From contig JASTWF010000148.1 of assembly GCA_030390025.1 (NCBI GenBank), positions 1-64,000 of the forward strand: a stretch of 64,000 nucleotides of DNA, read 5' to 3'. Origin of the DNA: Squalus acanthias. Its lineage: Eukaryota. The notes beneath the pieces are model-generated. The model had not been told where the DNA came from, made no database searches, and was given only the letters and a program-made list of their open reading frames with translations. Shown here in pieces: positions 1 to 13,385 of the stretch. Positions within the stretch are counted from its first letter, which is position 1, and the number at the start of each line of letters is the position of its first letter. The position numbers and the translations under genes were made by a program.

Positions 1-477
1 CGCCCAGCCGGCGGTGCTGTGAGGTCACGGTTCCAGGCTCTGTCACACAATCAGCGTGTCCCGCGAAAGCTAAATAGAAAATACTGCAGGAAACGCAATC
101 CTTAACATTAAAAACTGTGAGCAATTGGCACAGGACAACACCAGTGTGAATTAGTAAACTTAACACAAGAGTTTGCCACTAAGTATTGCAAAGTGCAGTG
201 CACCATAGCTCACCTTCAGTCCTGTCCCTCAATCCCAGTTCACCTCCGGGTGATTGATCCACGATTCACCCCATCCTTTGAACACAAATATTACCGACAT
301 TAACTAGATCAATTAGAAATTACACGCAGCTGCTGATAGTTATTAACAAGAATAAACGTGCTTCTAAGTAAAACTAAATTGCATTCTCTTGCATGCGCAT
401 ATCTATAGCTTTACGATAACCAACATCTATCTATCCCTCCATCTATCATCTGACTGTCTATCTTACAGAGACATAAG

Positions 478-1137
478 TGAGAAGTCGCACAACACCAGGT
501 TATAGTCCAACAGTTTTATTTGAAATCACAAGCTTTCGGAGCTGCTGCCCCTTCGTCAGGTGAAGTGAAGGAATACGAATCGGCAAAGCATATATAGACA
601 GAGAACAATGCCTGTGTAGCGTACAATCTCAGACGACTACAGTTAATCTTTCTGACTGCCTTTCATCACACCTCGGCAGAGAAATAATCAGGTCAGCCAG
701 GAAGGCACCACATCAAAGACATAGCAAGATACAACTGAGACAATGAGGTGGGGTCACAGGGGGTCTAATGTGTCAAATGCAGTCTGTATGGAAAACCATC
801 AACTTTAAAATGTTTACTTTTTTTTACTGGAAATCACATCTGTGAACAAGCCAACGACGACTCGAGTCTGGATGACTCTACGTCGTGTAGCGTGACATGA
901 ACCCAAGATCTCGGTTGAGGCCGTCCTCATGGGTGCGGAACTTGGCTATCAGTTTCTGCTCGATGATTTTGCGTTGTCGTGTGTCTCGAAGGCCGCCTTG
1001 GAGAACGCTTACCCACAGATCCGAGGCTGAATGTCCTTGACTGCTGAAGTGTTCCCCGACTGGGAGGTAACAATCCTGCCTGGCGATTGTTGCGCGGTGT
1101 CCGTTCATACGTTGTCTCAGTGTCAAGTTGCCACAAC
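478..1137 (-). mobile_element. Penelope-like retroelement 3' fragment (GIY-YIG endonuclease C-terminus plus pLTR)
   Basis: ORF 878-1126 (TLRQRMNGHR...PVGEHFS...EQKLIAKFRTHEDGLNRDLGFM) is a typical PLE GIY-YIG C-terminus; the terminal sequence is shared with the inserts at 43.9 and 49.3 kb. Confidence 0.85.
525..564 (-). ncRNA. Minimal type I hammerhead ribozyme in Penelope pLTR
   Basis: - strand TTCAC-CTGACGA-A-GGGGC-AGCA-GCTCC-GAAA-GC-TT-GTGAT: CUGANGA and GAAA cores, stem II, stem I TCAC/GTGA, palindromic AAGCTT helix III. Confidence 0.8.
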
Positions 1138-2229
1138 ACGAGAGCCAAGGATTGCCATTGCCCCTATTGTGAAAATGACGATGTCTGTTACTGTTTCTGA
1201 TATTAATGTGTCAAGAAACAATTTGCAGTGATGTACCACCTCATCATCTTCCCCGGGAGGTCTCAAAAGATTTAAAGTGCAACTAATTGCAGATGAACGT
1301 GACTGAATCGCGCACAGAAAGATCAGTAAAAGAGCAAAGTGGCTCGATTCCTGTAAATGTATTTCTGTTGAACTTGGTTGAAGGGAGGAATGCTGACCCG
1401 GACACAGTGTGGGGCCATGGGAGCTTTAATGTCCAGCTCAACAAAAGGTGGGTGTGGAGAGATGATTGGTTTATTATATCACCTGAAAGATAGGGCCTTT
1501 TCCAGTACTGCACCGATTGGAAGCCTTGTTAATAAGCTCAGGTTCTTAAGATGAAGTGGAATCCTGAAGATATTGATTCTGAAACCAGAGTCAATTCAAT
1601 TTAGCTAAGCTACTATGAAAATGCCAAATGAGTTCAGGTAACATTTTGAATCCACTGTGTTAAAATAATACCGGTTAGTATCGTTACCATTCAGCGTTCA
1701 TATACTAACATCACAAACATCAACCTCAAGAGTGCAATTACTGAACTTGTAATTAGTGCAATTAAATTCATAGAATCATGCAATCCTATTGCACAGTAGG
1801 AGGCATTAACCCCATCGTGCCTGTGCCAATTAGTCCCACTCTCCTGCTCTTTCTTCAACGCCGTGCAAATATTTCCTTTACAAGTATATTTCTAATTCCC
1901 TTTTGATAGTTTCTATTGAATCTTCCACCACCCTTTCAGACAGTGCATTCCAGATCATAACAACTTGCTGCATTAAAATATCTCCTCATCTTCCCCCTGC
2001 ATTTTTTTTGCAAATTATCTTAAATCTGTGTCCGCTGGTTACCGACACCCCTGTCAGTGGAAACAGTGTCTCACTATCAACTCTATCAAATCCCTTCATA
2101 AAGGGAAAGCTTTAACGGGCAGCGGCGTTAATTTCTGATTGCTGCCAGTGATTGATTGGTAGATTTTGGCTAGGGAAGGGTATTAAGGGTGACGGAACCA
2201 AGGCCGGCCGTGATTTAATTGAACAGAGG

Positions 2230-2887
2230 CATGGTCTATCTACTGCAGTACTAATTGAGAAAGGGTACCGTGTAATTTAAACAGAAGAATGGTCTAATGC
2301 TTTAATAAGGCCTATTGCAACAGAAATACGAGACATCGTCTAGTGCAGTAATAACTGCGACAGGGCCTCGTGTAATAAAAACAGAGACATGGTCTAGTGC
2401 GGTAAAATCTGAGACAGGGTCGAGTGTAATATAAACAGAGACATAGTCCAGCAAAGTAATAACTGCGACAGGACCGAGTGTAATATAAATTGAGAAAAGG
2501 GCAAGTGCAATCTAATGAGAGACACTGACTAGTGCATTAATAAAATATACAGTAACTAGTCTAATATAAACAGGTACAGGTTCTGATTCAGTAATAACAG
2601 CGACATAGCCTAATGCAATATAAACAGAGGCATGGTCTAGTGTAATATACAAAGAGACATGGTCTAGTGCAGTGATAGTTGAAATAGTGTCTAATTGTAA
2701 TATAAACAGAGGCAGGGCATAGTGCAATAATAAATGAGACATGTTTGAGTGCACTATAAACAGAGACATGGTCTAGTGTAGTAATAACTGAGACTGGTTC
2801 TAGTGTAATATAAAAATAGGCAGGGCCTGTTGTAAAGTAAACAGAGGTGTGGTCTGGTGTAGTCATAACATAGAGGAGGGCCTAGTG

Positions 2888-2932
<45 letters not shown>

Positions 2933-4895
2933 CATGGTCTATTGTAGTAATAATAAATAATAAATACAGGGCCTAGTTTGATATAGCAGAAGCATGGTCT
3001 AGCGTAGTTTTAACTGTGACCGGATCTAGTGTGATATAAACAGAGACATGGTCTAGTGCAGTAATAACTGGTACATGACCTACTGTAATATAAACACAGA
3101 GAGTGTCTAATGCAGCAGTAACTGAGACATGTGCTAGTGCAATATAAACAGAGAAAGCGTCTAGTGTAATATAAAAAATAACCTGGTCTAGTGCAGTAAT
3201 AACTGAGACAGAGCCTATCGTAGTATAAACAGAGACAGGGACTTCTGTAGTGATTAATGAGACAGGGTCGAGTGTAATATAAACAGAGACAGGGTCTTGT
3301 GTAATAATTAATGAGACAGAGCCTAGCGTAATATAAACAGAGACAGTGTCTTGTGTAGTGATTAATGAGACAGGGTCTAGGGCATTGATAAATGAGAGAG
3401 GGCATTTTGTAATATAAACAGTGACAGGGTATTTTGCCTAATAATTGAGACTTGTCCTAGTATATTAAACAGAGACACGTTCTAATGTAACATAAACAGA
3501 GACATGGTCTAGTGCAAACATTACAGAGGCACAGGCTTGTGCAATATGAACAGAGACATGGTGCAATGGAGCAGAAACTGAGACATGCCCTAGTGTACTT
3601 TAAACAGAGACATGGTTTAGATGAGCATAACTGAGGCAAGCCCTAACTGTCTCATTTATTACTGTACTCGACTCTCTGTCTCCGTTTATATTAAACTAGA
3701 TCTTGTTTCAGTTTATATTACAGAAGACCTTGTCTCTGTTTATATTACACTAGGCCTTGTCTCAGTTTATATTACACTAGGCCCTGTCTCAGTTTATATT
3801 AAACTAGACCCTGTTTCAGTTTATATTACACTCGACCATGTATCATTTATTACTGCTCCAGAGAATGCCTCAGTTTGTATTACACTAGGCCCTGTCTCAT
3901 TTATTCTGCACTAGACCATGTTTTATTTAAATTACAACCGACCTTTTCTCTGTTTATAAGAAATAGGAGCAGGAGTAGGCCATTTGGCCCTTCGAGCCTG
4001 CTCCACCATTCAATAAGATCATGGCTGATATTCTATCTCATCTCCACTTTCCTGAACTATACCTTTATCCTTTGGTTACACAAGTCCCTATCTCACTTAT
4101 TACTGAAAAAGAGCTTTTCTCTGTTTATATAACACATGACCTTGCTTATATTACACTAGACCCTGTCTCAGTTATACTGCACCAGAGACTCTCTCTGTTT
4201 GTATTACACTAGGCCCTGTCTCAGTTATATTGCACTAGACCCTGTCTCTGTTTATATTACACTAGGCCCGGTATCAGTTATTACTGCTCTAGACACTCTC
4301 TCTGTTTAAATTACACTAGGCCCTCTCTCAGTTATTACTGCACTAGACACTCTCTCTGTTTATATTACACTAGACCCTGTCTCTGTTTATATTTCAATAG
4401 ACCCTGTCTCAGTTATTACTGCATCAGACCCTGTCGCTGTTTGTATTACACTAGACCCTGTCTGTCTTTATATTACACCAGACCCTGTCTCAGTTATTAC
4501 TGCATTAGACCCTGCCTCTGTTTATATTACACTAGACCGTGTCGCTGTTTATATTACACGAGACCCTGTCTCTTTTTATATTACACAAGACCCTGTCTCT
4601 GATTTTATTACACTAGACCCTGTCTCTGTTTATATTTCAATAGACCCTGTCTCAGTTATTACTGCATCAGACCCTGTCGCTGTTTGTATTACACTAGACC
4701 CTGTCTCTCTTTATATTACACCAGACCCTGTCTCAGTTATTACTGCACTAGACCCTGCCTCTGTTTATATTACACTAGACCGTGTCGCTGTTTATATTAC
4801 ACGAGACCCTGTCTCTTTTTATATTACACAAGACCCTGTCTCTGATTTTGTTACACAAGGCCCTGTCTCTGTTTATATTACACTAGGCCCTGGCT
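2230..4895. repeat. 27-bp minisatellite with two unit types; orientation reverses near 3640
   Basis: Units CTAGACCCTGTCTCTGTTTATATTACA and CTAGACCCTGTCTCAGTTATTACTGCA; reverse complement before about 3640; 243-bp (9x27) higher-order repeat at 4371 and 4614; (TA)n at 2890-2930. Confidence 0.9.
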
Positions 4896-4899
4896 CAAA

Positions 4900-5440
4900 T
4901 GGCCCAAAGAATTAACTGAGTAAGTAAAAACATTTTTTAAAAACTGAAAGGGGATGTGCGGACTCAGCCAGTACAGCATAACATCATCTATTAAAAGAGG
5001 CAAGAATCTAAATGATGTGTTGGTCGGCAGCAGAGTACAGGCAACGCAAAACTGTGGTGACAAGCATAGTGGGACATGTAAATACATAAAAATCCAAGAA
5101 TTGATACCAAACAGAAGCACGGGGTATGCAGCCTACATAAACCAAAAGATTGCATGCGAACAGCCCAATGTAATCTACGGCAATCCGATGCAAACATCTT
5201 ATATTTAGGGGGAACAGGGAACAATCAAAGAGCCAGGTTTACTGGGCACCTCAGTGCCACTAGAACAGAACATGAAGACAACGCTATCACCAGACATTTC
5301 ATGGAACGTGGGGTTCAGTCCCTGGAAATTATGGGGCTTGAAACCAATATGAGCTGAACAATCCCACAAAGGAAGAAGAGAGAGACGCTGGAATGCAAAA
5401 TTAGAAACCCAGTTACCAAATAGCCTGAATCAAATATAAA
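4900..5440 (+). mobile_element. Degenerate Penelope-like GIY-YIG endonuclease region (second family)
   Basis: Overlapping frames give KRGKNLNDVLV...C...NVIY / LYLGGTG...RARFTGH...ITRHF...IMGLE. Confidence 0.65.
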
Positions 5441-5449
5441 GCAGGAAAA

Positions 5450-5900
5450 CTCTGACCCAGACCCAAACCTAAAGTTTCCCCCCAAAAACTAACCAGCTAC
5501 CATGGAACCCTACATTAACCCTCACCATATTCCTATCTAACAAACCCTTACCCTAACCCTAACCCCAACCCCAACACCAACACTAACTCGAACCCTAACC
5601 CCTACCCTAACACTAACCCTATCTCACAAACCCTAGCCCTAGCCCACCCCTAAAACCAACACTATTCCCAAACACGATCCCTAACCCGAACCCTAATCCC
5701 TACCCTAACACTAACCCTATCTCACAAACCCTAGCCCTAGCCCACCCCTAACACCAACACTATTCCCAAACACGATCCCTAACCCGAAACCTCACCCCTA
5801 CCCGAACGGTAATGACACTAACCCTAATGACTCCAACACCAAAGACGCTAACGCTAACCTAAAAACCTCACCCTAAAGTCACTTCAACCATGTTCCTAAT
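5450..5900 (+). repeat. Degenerate (CCCTAA)n telomere-like tract
   Basis: Many CCCTAA/CCCCAA/CACTAA/CCCTAG hexamers, with an internal duplication of about 110 bp. Confidence 0.7.
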
Positions 5901-6174
5901 CTCGATCTTAAGCACGACTACACTTTCAACTAGATATTACCACGTTGAAGACTCCAACATATGCCTTGAAACCCAAATATAACCCGAGTTGGGGCTAGAT
6001 AATGGCAGTAGAACTGGACAAAAAGCAATAAAAGGCGTGAGAATCTTTTCTCATTCTCTTTTCTCATTATTAAATCTAATGAGAGGGCTAAAAAAGCGAG
6101 GGAATGCATAATAAATGGTAGGATATTGAGAAGTGTAGAGGAACAGAGGGATCTTGAAGTGCAAGTCCACAGAT

Positions 6175-9100
6175 AAGAACAATAAGAAAGAATATAAGAA
6201 ATAGGAGTAGGAATAGGCCACGTGGCCCCTCGAGCCTGCTGCGTCATTCAATAAGATCATGGCTGATCTTGGCCTCAAAGCCACTTCCCAGCCCATTCCC
6301 CATAACCCTTCACTCCCTTATCTTGCAAAAATGTGTCTATCTCCACTTTAAATGTATTGAATGACCCAGCCTCCACAGCTCTCTGGGGCAGAGAATTCCA
6401 CAAATTTACGACCCTCTGAGAGAAGAAGTACCTCCTCATCTCAGTTCTAAAAGGGCGACCCTTTATTCTGAAACTGTGCCCCCGAGTTTTAGATTTCCCC
6501 ATGAGGGGAAACATCCTCTCTGCATCTACCTTGGCGAGCCCCCTCAGTATATTATATGTTTCGATAAGATCACCTCACATTCAATGAATTCCAATGAATA
6601 TAGGCCCAGCCTGCTCAACCTTTCCTCATATGTCAAACCCCCCCATCTCTGGAATTAACCTAGTGAATCGTCTCTGAACTGCCTCCAATGCAAATATATC
6701 CTTCCTTAAATAAGGAGACCAAAACTGTACGCAGTACTCAAGGTGTGGCCTCACCAATACCTTGTACAGTTGTAGCAGGACTTCCCTACTTTTATACTCC
6801 AACCCCCTTGAAATAAAGGCCAACATTCCATTTGCCTTGTTTATTACTTGCTGTACCTGCATGCTAACTTTTTGTGTTTCAAGCACAAGGACCACCAGAT
6901 CCCTCTGAACTGTAGCATTTTGTAATCTCTCTCCATTTAAATAATAGTTTGCTTTATAATTTTTCCTGCCAAAGTGGATAACCTCGCACTTTCCCACATT
7001 ATACTCCATCTGCCAAATGTTTGCCCACTCACCTAGCCTGTCTATATCGCTTTGCAGATTCTTTGAGTCCACTGCACAACTTGCTTTCCCACCCATCTTT
7101 GTATCATCCAAAAACCTGGCTACATTATACTCGATCCCTTCATCCAAGTCATTAATGTAGATTGTAAATAGTTGGGGCCCCATCACCGATCCTTGTGGCA
7201 CCCCACTAGTTACCGTTTGCCAACCGGAAAATGACCCATTCATCCCGACTCTCTGCTTCCTGTTAGTTAGCCAATTCTCTATCCATGCTAATATATTACC
7301 CCCAACTCCGTGAGCTCTTATCTTATGCAGCAACCTTTTATGTGGCACCTTATCGAATGCCTTCTGGAAATCCAAATACACCACATCCACTGGCTGACCC
7401 TTGTCCACCCTGCTTGTTACAGCCTCAAAGAACTCCAGCAAGTTTGTTAAACATGATTTCCCTTTCCTAAAACCATGCTGACTCTGTTTGAATGCAGTAT
7501 GTTTTTCTAAATTCCCTGCTAATGCTTCCTTAATGAAGGACTCCAGCATTTTCCCAATGACAGATGTTAGGCCAACTGGTCTATAGTTTCCTGCTTTCTG
7601 TCTCCCTCCTTTCTTAAATACGGGTGTTACATTAGTGGTTTTCCAATCCGCTGGGACCTCTCCAGAGTCCAGGGAATTTTGGTATATTGCAACCAATGCA
7701 TCCACTATCTCTGCAGCCACTTCTTTTAAGACCCTGGGATGCTGGCCATCTGGTTCAGGGGTCTTATCATCTTTTAGTCCCATTATTTTACCGAGTACTA
7801 TTTCCTTAGTGATAGTGATTGTCTTTAGTTCCCCACTCCCTGTGGTCCCTTGATTAACCATTATTGGGATGTTGTTATTGTCTACTACTGTGAAGACAGA
7901 TGCAAAATATTTGTTCAGAGTTTCCGCCATTTCCCCGTTCCCCATTATTAATTCCTCAGTTTCATCCTCTGAGGGACCAACGTTTACTTTAGCTACCCTC
8001 TTCCTTTTTACATACCTGTAGAAGCTCTTACTATCTGTTTTAATGTTCCTTGCCAGCCTTCTCTCATAATTCATCTTCTCTCTCTTTATTATTTGTTTAG
8101 TCATCCTCTGCTGGTTTTTAAATATTTCCCAATCCTCTGTTCTCCCACCAATCTTGTCAACATTGTATGCCTTCGTTTTCAATTTGATACCATCCTTTAC
8201 TTCCTTAGTTAGCCACGGATGGTGCTCCCTTCTCTTAAAATCTTTCTTTCTCACTGGAATATATTTTTGTTGAGAGTTATGAAATATCTCCTTAAATGTC
8301 CGCCACTGCATTTCAACTTTCTTACACTTTAATTGGTTTTTCCAGTCCACTTTAGCCAGTTCTGCCCTCATGCCATTATAATTGTCTTTGTTTAAGATCA
8401 GGACACTGGTTTGCGATACAACTTTCTCACCCTCCAACTGAATTTGAAATTCAACCATGCTATCATCACCCTTTCCTATAGGATCCTTTACTATGAGATC
8501 GTTTATTAATTCTGTCTCATTACACAGTACCAGATCCAAGATAGCCTGCTCCCTGGTTGGTTCCATTACATACTGTTCCAGGAAAACATCCCGGATGCAC
8601 TCTATGAACTCCTCCTCTAGGCTACCACGGCCAATTTGATTTGTCCAATTAATATGGAGATTAAAATCACCCATGGTTATTACCATACCTTTTTTGCAGG
8701 CCTCCATTATTTGTTGATTTATACTCTGTCCAACAGCATTGCTACTGTTGGGCAGCCAGTAGACTACGCCCACCAGAGACTTTTTCCCCTTATTATTTTT
8801 ATCTCCACCCAAACCGACTCTACATCTTGATCTTCTGAGCCAATATCACTTCTCTCCACTGCACTGATCCCATCTGTTACCAACAAAGCCACCCCACCTC
8901 CCTTTCCTTTCTTTCTATCCTTCCGAATTATCTTATACCCTGGAATATTCAGTTCCCAGCCATGGTCACCTTGCAACCACGTCTCAGTAATGGCGATCAG
9001 ATCATACCCATTTGTATCTATTTGTGCCGTCAACTCATTTATCTTGTTACGAATGCTGCGTGCATTCAGATATAGAGCTTTTAACTTTATCTTTTTATCA

Positions 9101-9808
9101 TTTTTTCTTGTTTTGGCCTTTTTTTCTGTTACAATCTTATTTTTAAACATTCTGTCCCTTCCTGTCACACTCTGGTTATTATTTCCCCCATCTCTAGCCT
9201 GCTCTATTCCTATCTCATTTCTCATTGACTTTTTATTTTACCACTCAACTGGATCCTCCCCCCACCACCCCAGCCCCCCACTATTTAGTTTAAAGCCCTC
9301 TCTCCAGCCCTAGTTATTCGATTCGCCAGGACTCTAGCCCCAGCATGGTTCAAGTGAAGCCCGTTCAAACGGAACAGCTCCCTCTTATCCCAGTACTGGT
9401 GCCAATGCCCCACAAATCGAAACCCATTTCTCCTACACCAGTCTTTGAGCCACTCGTTCATTTCTCTGATCTTATTTACCCTATGCAAATTCGCTCGTGG
9501 CTCAGGTAGTAATCCTGATATTATTACCTTTGTGGTTCTGCTTTTTAATTTAGCCCCTAGCTGCTCATACACTCTCAGCAGAACCTCTTTCTTTTTCCTA
9601 CCTATGTCATTGGTAACTATGAGGACCATGACGACTGGATCTTCCCCTTCCCACTCCAAGTTTCTCTCCAGTGGGGATGTCCTTTACCCTGGTACCGGGC
9701 AGGCAACACAGCCTTCGGGACTCACGCTCTCGGCTGCAGAGAACAGCAACTATCCCCCTCACTATACTGTCCCCAATCACTGCAACATTTATTCTTCCTC
9801 CCCCACTA
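6175..9808 (-). mobile_element. CR1 LINE (SGNH-esterase ORF1 fragment plus frameshifted APE-RT ORF2), nested in another CR1
   Basis: ORF 9285-9659 (TNDIG...GLHLN), 8764-9225 (YLNARS, ITETWL), 6626-8812 ([15 protein letters not shown]); CR1 tail near 6175. Confidence 0.93.
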
Positions 9809-10490
9809 CCTGAAGGTAGTAGGACAGGTAGATAAGGTGGTTAAGAAGGCACACAGGATACTTTACTTTAGTAGCCGAGGCATGGAATATATGACCAGGG
9901 TGGTTTTGCTAGAACTGTATAAAACTCTAGTTAGGTCGCAGCTAGAATACTGCGTGCAGTTCTGGTCACCACATTACAGGAAAGATGTGGTTGCACTAGA
10001 GGGGGTGCAGAGGAGATTTACGAGGATGTTGCCAGGACTGGAGAATTTTAGCTCTGAGGATAGATTGGATAGGCTGGGGTTGTTTTCTTTGGTACGGATG
10101 AGGCTGAGGGGAGACCTAATTGAGGTGTATAAATTATGAGGAGCCTTGATAGAGTCAATAAGAAGGACCTATTTCCCTTAGCAGAGACGTCAATAACCAG
10201 AGGGCATAGATTTGGTCGAAGAATTCGAGGGGAGTTGAGGAGAATTTTTTTCACCCAGAGGGTGGTGGGGGTTTTGAACTCACTGCCTGAAAGGGTGGTA
10301 CAGGCAGAAACCCACAGGACTTTTAAAAAGTACTTGGATATGCACTTGAAGTGCCGTAACCTACTAGGCTACGGACCAAGTGTTGGAAAGGGGGATTAGG
10401 CTGGATAGCTCTTTTTCGGCAGGCACAGACACGATGGGCGCAATGGCTTCCTTCTGTACTGTAAATTTCTATGATTATATGATTCTATGA
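9809..10490 (+). mobile_element. CR1 3' fragment, continuing 6085-6174
   Basis: ...GTCCACAGAT at 6174 resumes as CCTGAAGGTAG at 9809; LEYCVQFWSP motif. Confidence 0.85.
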
Positions 10491-10861
10491 CAACAAGACA
10501 TAATTTTCATCACCTCTATTAAATCAACCTTTAACCTTCTCTGCTCTAAGTAGAAAAATCTCAGTTTCTCTCGTCTCCACATAACTGAAAAACCTCATCC
10601 CTGGTAGAATTCAAAAAACCTGCTCTGCACCATCTCCAAGACCTTGACATACTTCCTAATGTCTGGATTGAAATAAATTTAATCTTTATTGCTCCTTTAG
10701 ATTAGTTATAAGGACACATGCTCTCTTAAAATTGGACTGAGGATTAATCTGAGTATTATTAATTATTAATTGATGACAATGATTTGACTTGTTCTGACAG
10801 TGCAGACGTCTGTGCTCAGCAACATCGGCCTCTGCGAGATTCATCGTTCAATAAGATCACT

Positions 10862-10895
10862 GTCGCCACCTGCTGATGATAAACAGCTACTGCAG
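10862..10895 (-). promoter_or_regulatory. Candidate bipartite CTCF site
   Basis: - strand TGCAG-13 nt-TCAGCAGGTGGCGAC: core motif plus upstream TGCAG module at the usual spacing. Confidence 0.55.
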
Positions 10896-11069
10896 GCGCC
10901 AGAGTTTCTTTTTAAACATGATTCAGAATTCCACAGACAGCAACTTGCACTGACCCAGTGACGCTCACCCAGTTTCTCAGAACAAACCACAAGAGGGCTG
11001 AGATGAATTTATGGAGGAAGGACCAAAATTACTGGTTTAAATTCTGAGGAGCTTTTCATGTGAAGTTAT

Positions 11070-12970
11070 ATAAGAACATAAGAATTACGAGCAGGAGTGG
11101 GCCGTACGGCCCCTCGAGCCTGCTCCGCCGTTCAATAAGATCATGGCAGATCATCGACCTCAACTCCACTTTCCCACCCGATCCCCATATTTCGTGATTC
11201 TCCTAGAGTCCAACAATCTATCTATCTCAGCCTTGAATATACTCAACGACTCAGCATTTGAAGCCCTTTGGGGCAGAAAATTCGAAAGATTCGCAACCCT
11301 CTGAATGAAGCAATTCCTCCTCATCTCAGTCTTAAATGGCTGACCCCTCATCCTGAGACTATGTCCCCTAGTTCTAGACTCTCCAGCCAGGGGAAACAAC
11401 CTCTTAGCATCTACCCTGTCAATCCCCCTCAGAATCTTATATGTTTCAATGAGATCACCTCTCATTCTTTTAAACTCCAGAGAGTATAGGCCCAATCTAC
11501 TCAAACTCTCCTCATAGGACAATCCCCCATCCCAGGAATCAATCTAGTGAACCTTCGTTGCACCGCCTGTAAGGCAAGTATATCCTGCCTCAGATAAGGA
11601 GACCAAAACTGTGCAATGTACTCCAGGTGTGGTCTCACCAAAACCCTGTAAAGTTGTATTAAGACTTCCTTACTCTTGTACTCCAATAGCTTTTCAATAA
11701 CGACCAACATTTCATTTGCCTTCCTAATTGCTTGCTGTGCCAGTATGCTAATTTTTGTGTTTCCTGAACGAGGACACCTAAATCTCTCTGATCACCAACA
11801 TTTAGTGGTTACTCACCATTTAAAATATTCTGCTTTTCTATTCTTCCTACCAAAGTGAATCACCTCCCAGTTCCCCACATTGTACTCCATCTGCCAGCTC
11901 ATTTCCCACTCACTTATCCTGTCTATAGCCCTTTGCAGGCAATTTGTGCCCTCCTCGCAGCTTACTTTCCGAGCTGGCTTTGTATCGTCAGAAAACTTGA
12001 TACATTACACTCGGTCCCTTCAGCTAAGTCATTAATATAGATTGTAATTAGCTGAGGCCCAAGCACTGATCATTGCCGTACCCATTTGTTGCAGCCTGCC
12101 AATCCGAAAATTACATGTTTATCCCTACTCTCTGTTTTCTGTCCGTTAACCAATCCTCTATCCATGCTAATACGTTACCCCCAACCCCATGAGCCCTTAC
12201 GTTAAGAAACAACCTTTTTATGTGGCACCTTATCGAATGCCTTTTGGAAATCCAAATATACTACATGCACTGGTTCCCCTTTATCTACCCTGCTAGTTGC
12301 ATCCTTAGAAACTCCAATAAATTTGTTAAACATGATTTCGCTTTCATAAAACCGTGTGGACTCTGCCTAATCATATTACGATTTTATCAGTGCCCTGTTA
12401 CCACTTCCTTAATAATGGATTCCAGCATTTTCCCGACGACTGATGTCAGGCTAACTGGCCTGTAGCTGCCTGTTTTATTTCTCCCTCCTTTCTTGAATAG
12501 CAGGGTCACATTTGCTACCTTCTAATCCACTGGGAACGTTCTAGAATCTACGAAATTTGGAAGATCACAAACAATGTATCCACTATCTCTTCAGCCACCT
12601 CTTTTAGGACTCTCGGATGTAGGTCGTCAGGTCCAGGGTATTTGTCGGTTTTTAGTCATATTAGTTTCTCAAGTACTTTTTCTCTACTGATATTAATTAC
12701 TTTAAGTTCCTCACTCTTATTAGCCCCTTGATTCCCCAGTATTTTTGGCATGCTTTTTGTGTCTTCTATTGTGAAGACAGATACAAAATATGTGTTTAAA
12801 GTCTCTGCCATTTCCTTATCCCTCATTATAATTTCACCAGTCTCAACCTCTAAGGGACCAACGCTTCTCTCCCCCTTTTAGCATACTTGCAGAAGCTCTT
12901 ACAATCTGTTTTTATATTTGTTGCTAGTTTATTCTCCTATTCTATTTTCTCCCTTTTTATCAATTTTTTG
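11070..12970 (-). mobile_element. CR1 LINE, 5'-truncated and degenerate
   Basis: ORFs 11160-11522 and 11501-11710 match the CR1 RT C-terminus; CR1 tail near 11070. Confidence 0.88.
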
Positions 12971-13194
12971 GAAGAAACTGGCAATGAAGAAGGGAAATGC
13001 AACTGCAAAACCCACACACCTCCTCTAATGATGGAGGAGGTTCCGATGCATCTGAGATTCTTGTGGGCAGCTGCACATGTGCATCATTCTTACGCCGGGT
13101 TGAAACTTGCTGCAAGGAAGAGCGCACGGAAACCGCCCACATTTCAAAAGCATTTTAAACGCACAATTGCAACTCCGAGACCGACTTTCCATTG

Positions 13195-13385
13195 TTACAT
13201 ATGTTTATATTACACCAGAAAGGATCTACTGCAGTATTAAATGAGACAGGGTCTAGTGTATTATAAAAGGTGACATGGCCTACTGCAGCAATTATTGAGA
13301 CAGGGACTATTGTAATATAAGCAAAGATAGGGTCTAGTGTAGTGCATTGATAACTGAGAGAGGGCCGAGTGTATTCGAACAGAAC
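13195..13385. repeat. Degenerate remnant of the 27-bp minisatellite
   Basis: GAGACAGGGTCTAGTGTA-type units. Confidence 0.6.

Noticed and set aside
1-280. Possible - strand exons (AG...GTGAGC at about 276-214; FAGHADCVTEPGTVT near 69-1)
   Set aside because: The first has stops in all frames; the second is cut by the window edge and has no diagnostic V motif.
2512-4212. Cys/Tyr-rich ORFs (YYTRPCLCL)
   Set aside because: Products of the 27-bp minisatellite.
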